A stretch of 37,363 nt of DNA from positions 1-37,363 of the forward strand of contig JAGGYF010000035.1 of the NCBI GenBank assembly GCA_021162685.1. Direction: 5' to 3'. Positions 36,281-37,363 of this stretch are shown in pieces. Every line of letters starts with the position of its first letter. The first letter of the stretch is position 1. Below the pieces are notes generated by a model. The model saw only the letters and a program-made list of their open reading frames with translations, was not told the DNA's origin and did no database searches. The DNA comes from Candidatus Iainarchaeum sp. Its GTDB lineage: Archaea; B1Sed10-29; WALL01. The position numbers and the translations under genes were made by a program.

Positions 36281-37189
36281 TCACCTTGCAACCTTGAACC
36301 CTATGATACACTTTCCATCACCAATTGGACAGTAAGCCCTTACCCTTCCTGCGATATTTTGGTTAACCGTCAGTGTCTCTCCATCGCACTCAAATGCGTC
36401 GTGGTCTGTAAACATATAGTTCTCGCACTTTGCCTCTGAATCATCACTTCCATAATCTGCACCATCACAGCAGAACACTACCATGCCTCCATTCATTCCT
36501 ACCTCTTCTGCAATAGCATCTGCCTCATATTCGACTCCTTCCTGGAACTGCACAACTGCTGTTGATGTACTCGCAACACCTCCCATCCTCACCTTGTTCA
36601 GCTCTTGACCCATAATTGTTAATGGATGTTCTCCATAAACTGTGATAACTCTCTTGCTCGGGATGCTCAGCTCATATATGAAAAGACCAGCCCAAGCAAA
36701 GAACAAAACCGCTGCTATGCCTATAACTGCGACCTTTTGGCCTGTTTGCAGCGAGCTGAACTTCTTCCTCAGCGGAGACTTTCTCTCACCTACTTCCTTA
36801 AAAGCCTCTTCAAGCGCCATAACCGCCATCAGCACCATGCCCCCATAAAAACCAAAGATTGCTAAGAGAACGAATACGATTGATATCATCTGGATGTCAA
36901 TCACGGCAAAAGCCATTGCAAGTATGCCTGCTACAATTCCACCAGCGAACAGGGAGATGCCTATGCTCAACGTCTTTGTTTCCTTTTTAATTATGTTCTT
37001 CTTTTCCAGCGTGCCAAGTACTGTTAAAATTATGCCACTAAACAATACCAGAAGCCCCAAAAGGAATACGAGAAACATGGTGCCTGAAATGTACACGCCC
37101 AGTATATCCAATGCAGATAAGACCGCTAACACTCCTATACCCACAAGAAGGGCCCACTTACCAATTTTAATTGCATTCATTTCAATCAC
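36281..37189 (-). CDS. Multi-pass membrane protein with Cys-rich C-terminal (probably extracellular) domain
   Basis: About 5 TM segments followed by a 6-Cys domain. Start is GTG 37189 or ATG 37180. Confidence 0.8.
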   Translation of the reverse strand: MIEMNAIKIGKWALLVGIGVLAVLSALDILGVYISGTMFLVFLLGLLVLFSGIILTVLGTLEKKNIIKKETKTLSIGISLFAGGIVAGILAMAFAVIDIQMISIVFVLLAIFGFYGGMVLMAVMALEEAFKEVGERKSPLRKKFSSLQTGQKVAVIGIAAVLFFAWAGLFIYELSIPSKRVITVYGEHPLTIMGQELNKVRMGGVASTSTAVVQFQEGVEYEADAIAEEVGMNGGMVVFCCDGADYGSDDSEAKCENYMFTDHDAFECDGETLTVNQNIAGRVRAYCPIGDGKCIIGFKVAR

Positions 37190-37362
37190 ACCAAGTATAT
37201 TGCATTAAAGAACGGCCAAAGGAAAAGCCCTATTACAAGAGCATAAAAGCAGTATCTCCAAAGGCTCAATTTGCCATATAGCTTTTTGAGTATAAAGTAA
37301 GGCGCGCCCCACACCAGTGCAAACATCAGACCTGCAGTAATCCACTGCAGAGGAATATAATA
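37186..37362 (-). CDS. 3' end of a membrane protein, truncated by the window edge
   Basis: Open frame YYIPLQWITAGLMFALVWGAPYFILKKLYGKLSLWRYCFYALVIGLFLWPFFNAIYLV*. Its stop overlaps the next GTG. Confidence 0.6.
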   Translation of the reverse strand, partial: YYIPLQWITAGLMFALVWGAPYFILKKLYGKLSLWRYCFYALVIGLFLWPFFNAIYLV

Positions 37363-37363
37363 C

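Overview
Archaeal chromosomal window. The evidence is archaeal-type LeuRS and AlaRS, GGTGA(T) Shine-Dalgarno sites, BRE/TATA promoters and bulge-helix-bulge (BHB) rRNA processing stems. A DPANN-like lineage is suspected but cannot be proven from this sequence. Left part (1-15093, + strand): an accessory locus with a 5'-truncated repeat protein, a tail-anchored protein and a 4140-aa giant coiled-coil protein. The giant's C-terminus carries a TPR-like pair, two copies of a ~110-aa module also present in the upstream gene, an OspF/LanKC-type phospho-Ser/Thr lyase-like domain and a gamma-glutamylcyclotransferase-like domain. It is followed by an uncalled double zinc-ribbon reading frame that has no canonical start. 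Middle: leuS, alaS, a signal-transduction cluster (two KaiC/RAD55 ATPases, stand-alone 7TM sensor, globin-like+3xPAS protein, histidine kinase, receiver, V4R protein), agmatinase, a PAS protein, a tandem RHH protein and a short type-M-like RNase P RNA. Right part (- strand): a 16S-tRNA-Ala-23S operon with no linked 5S and four BHB-type introns. One is 1049 nt and encodes a frameshifted LAGLIDADG endonuclease. The other three are 44-46-nt ORF-less mini-introns that share an apical GUYAAGA motif. All domain and rRNA-numbering calls are by eye, from remembered motifs.
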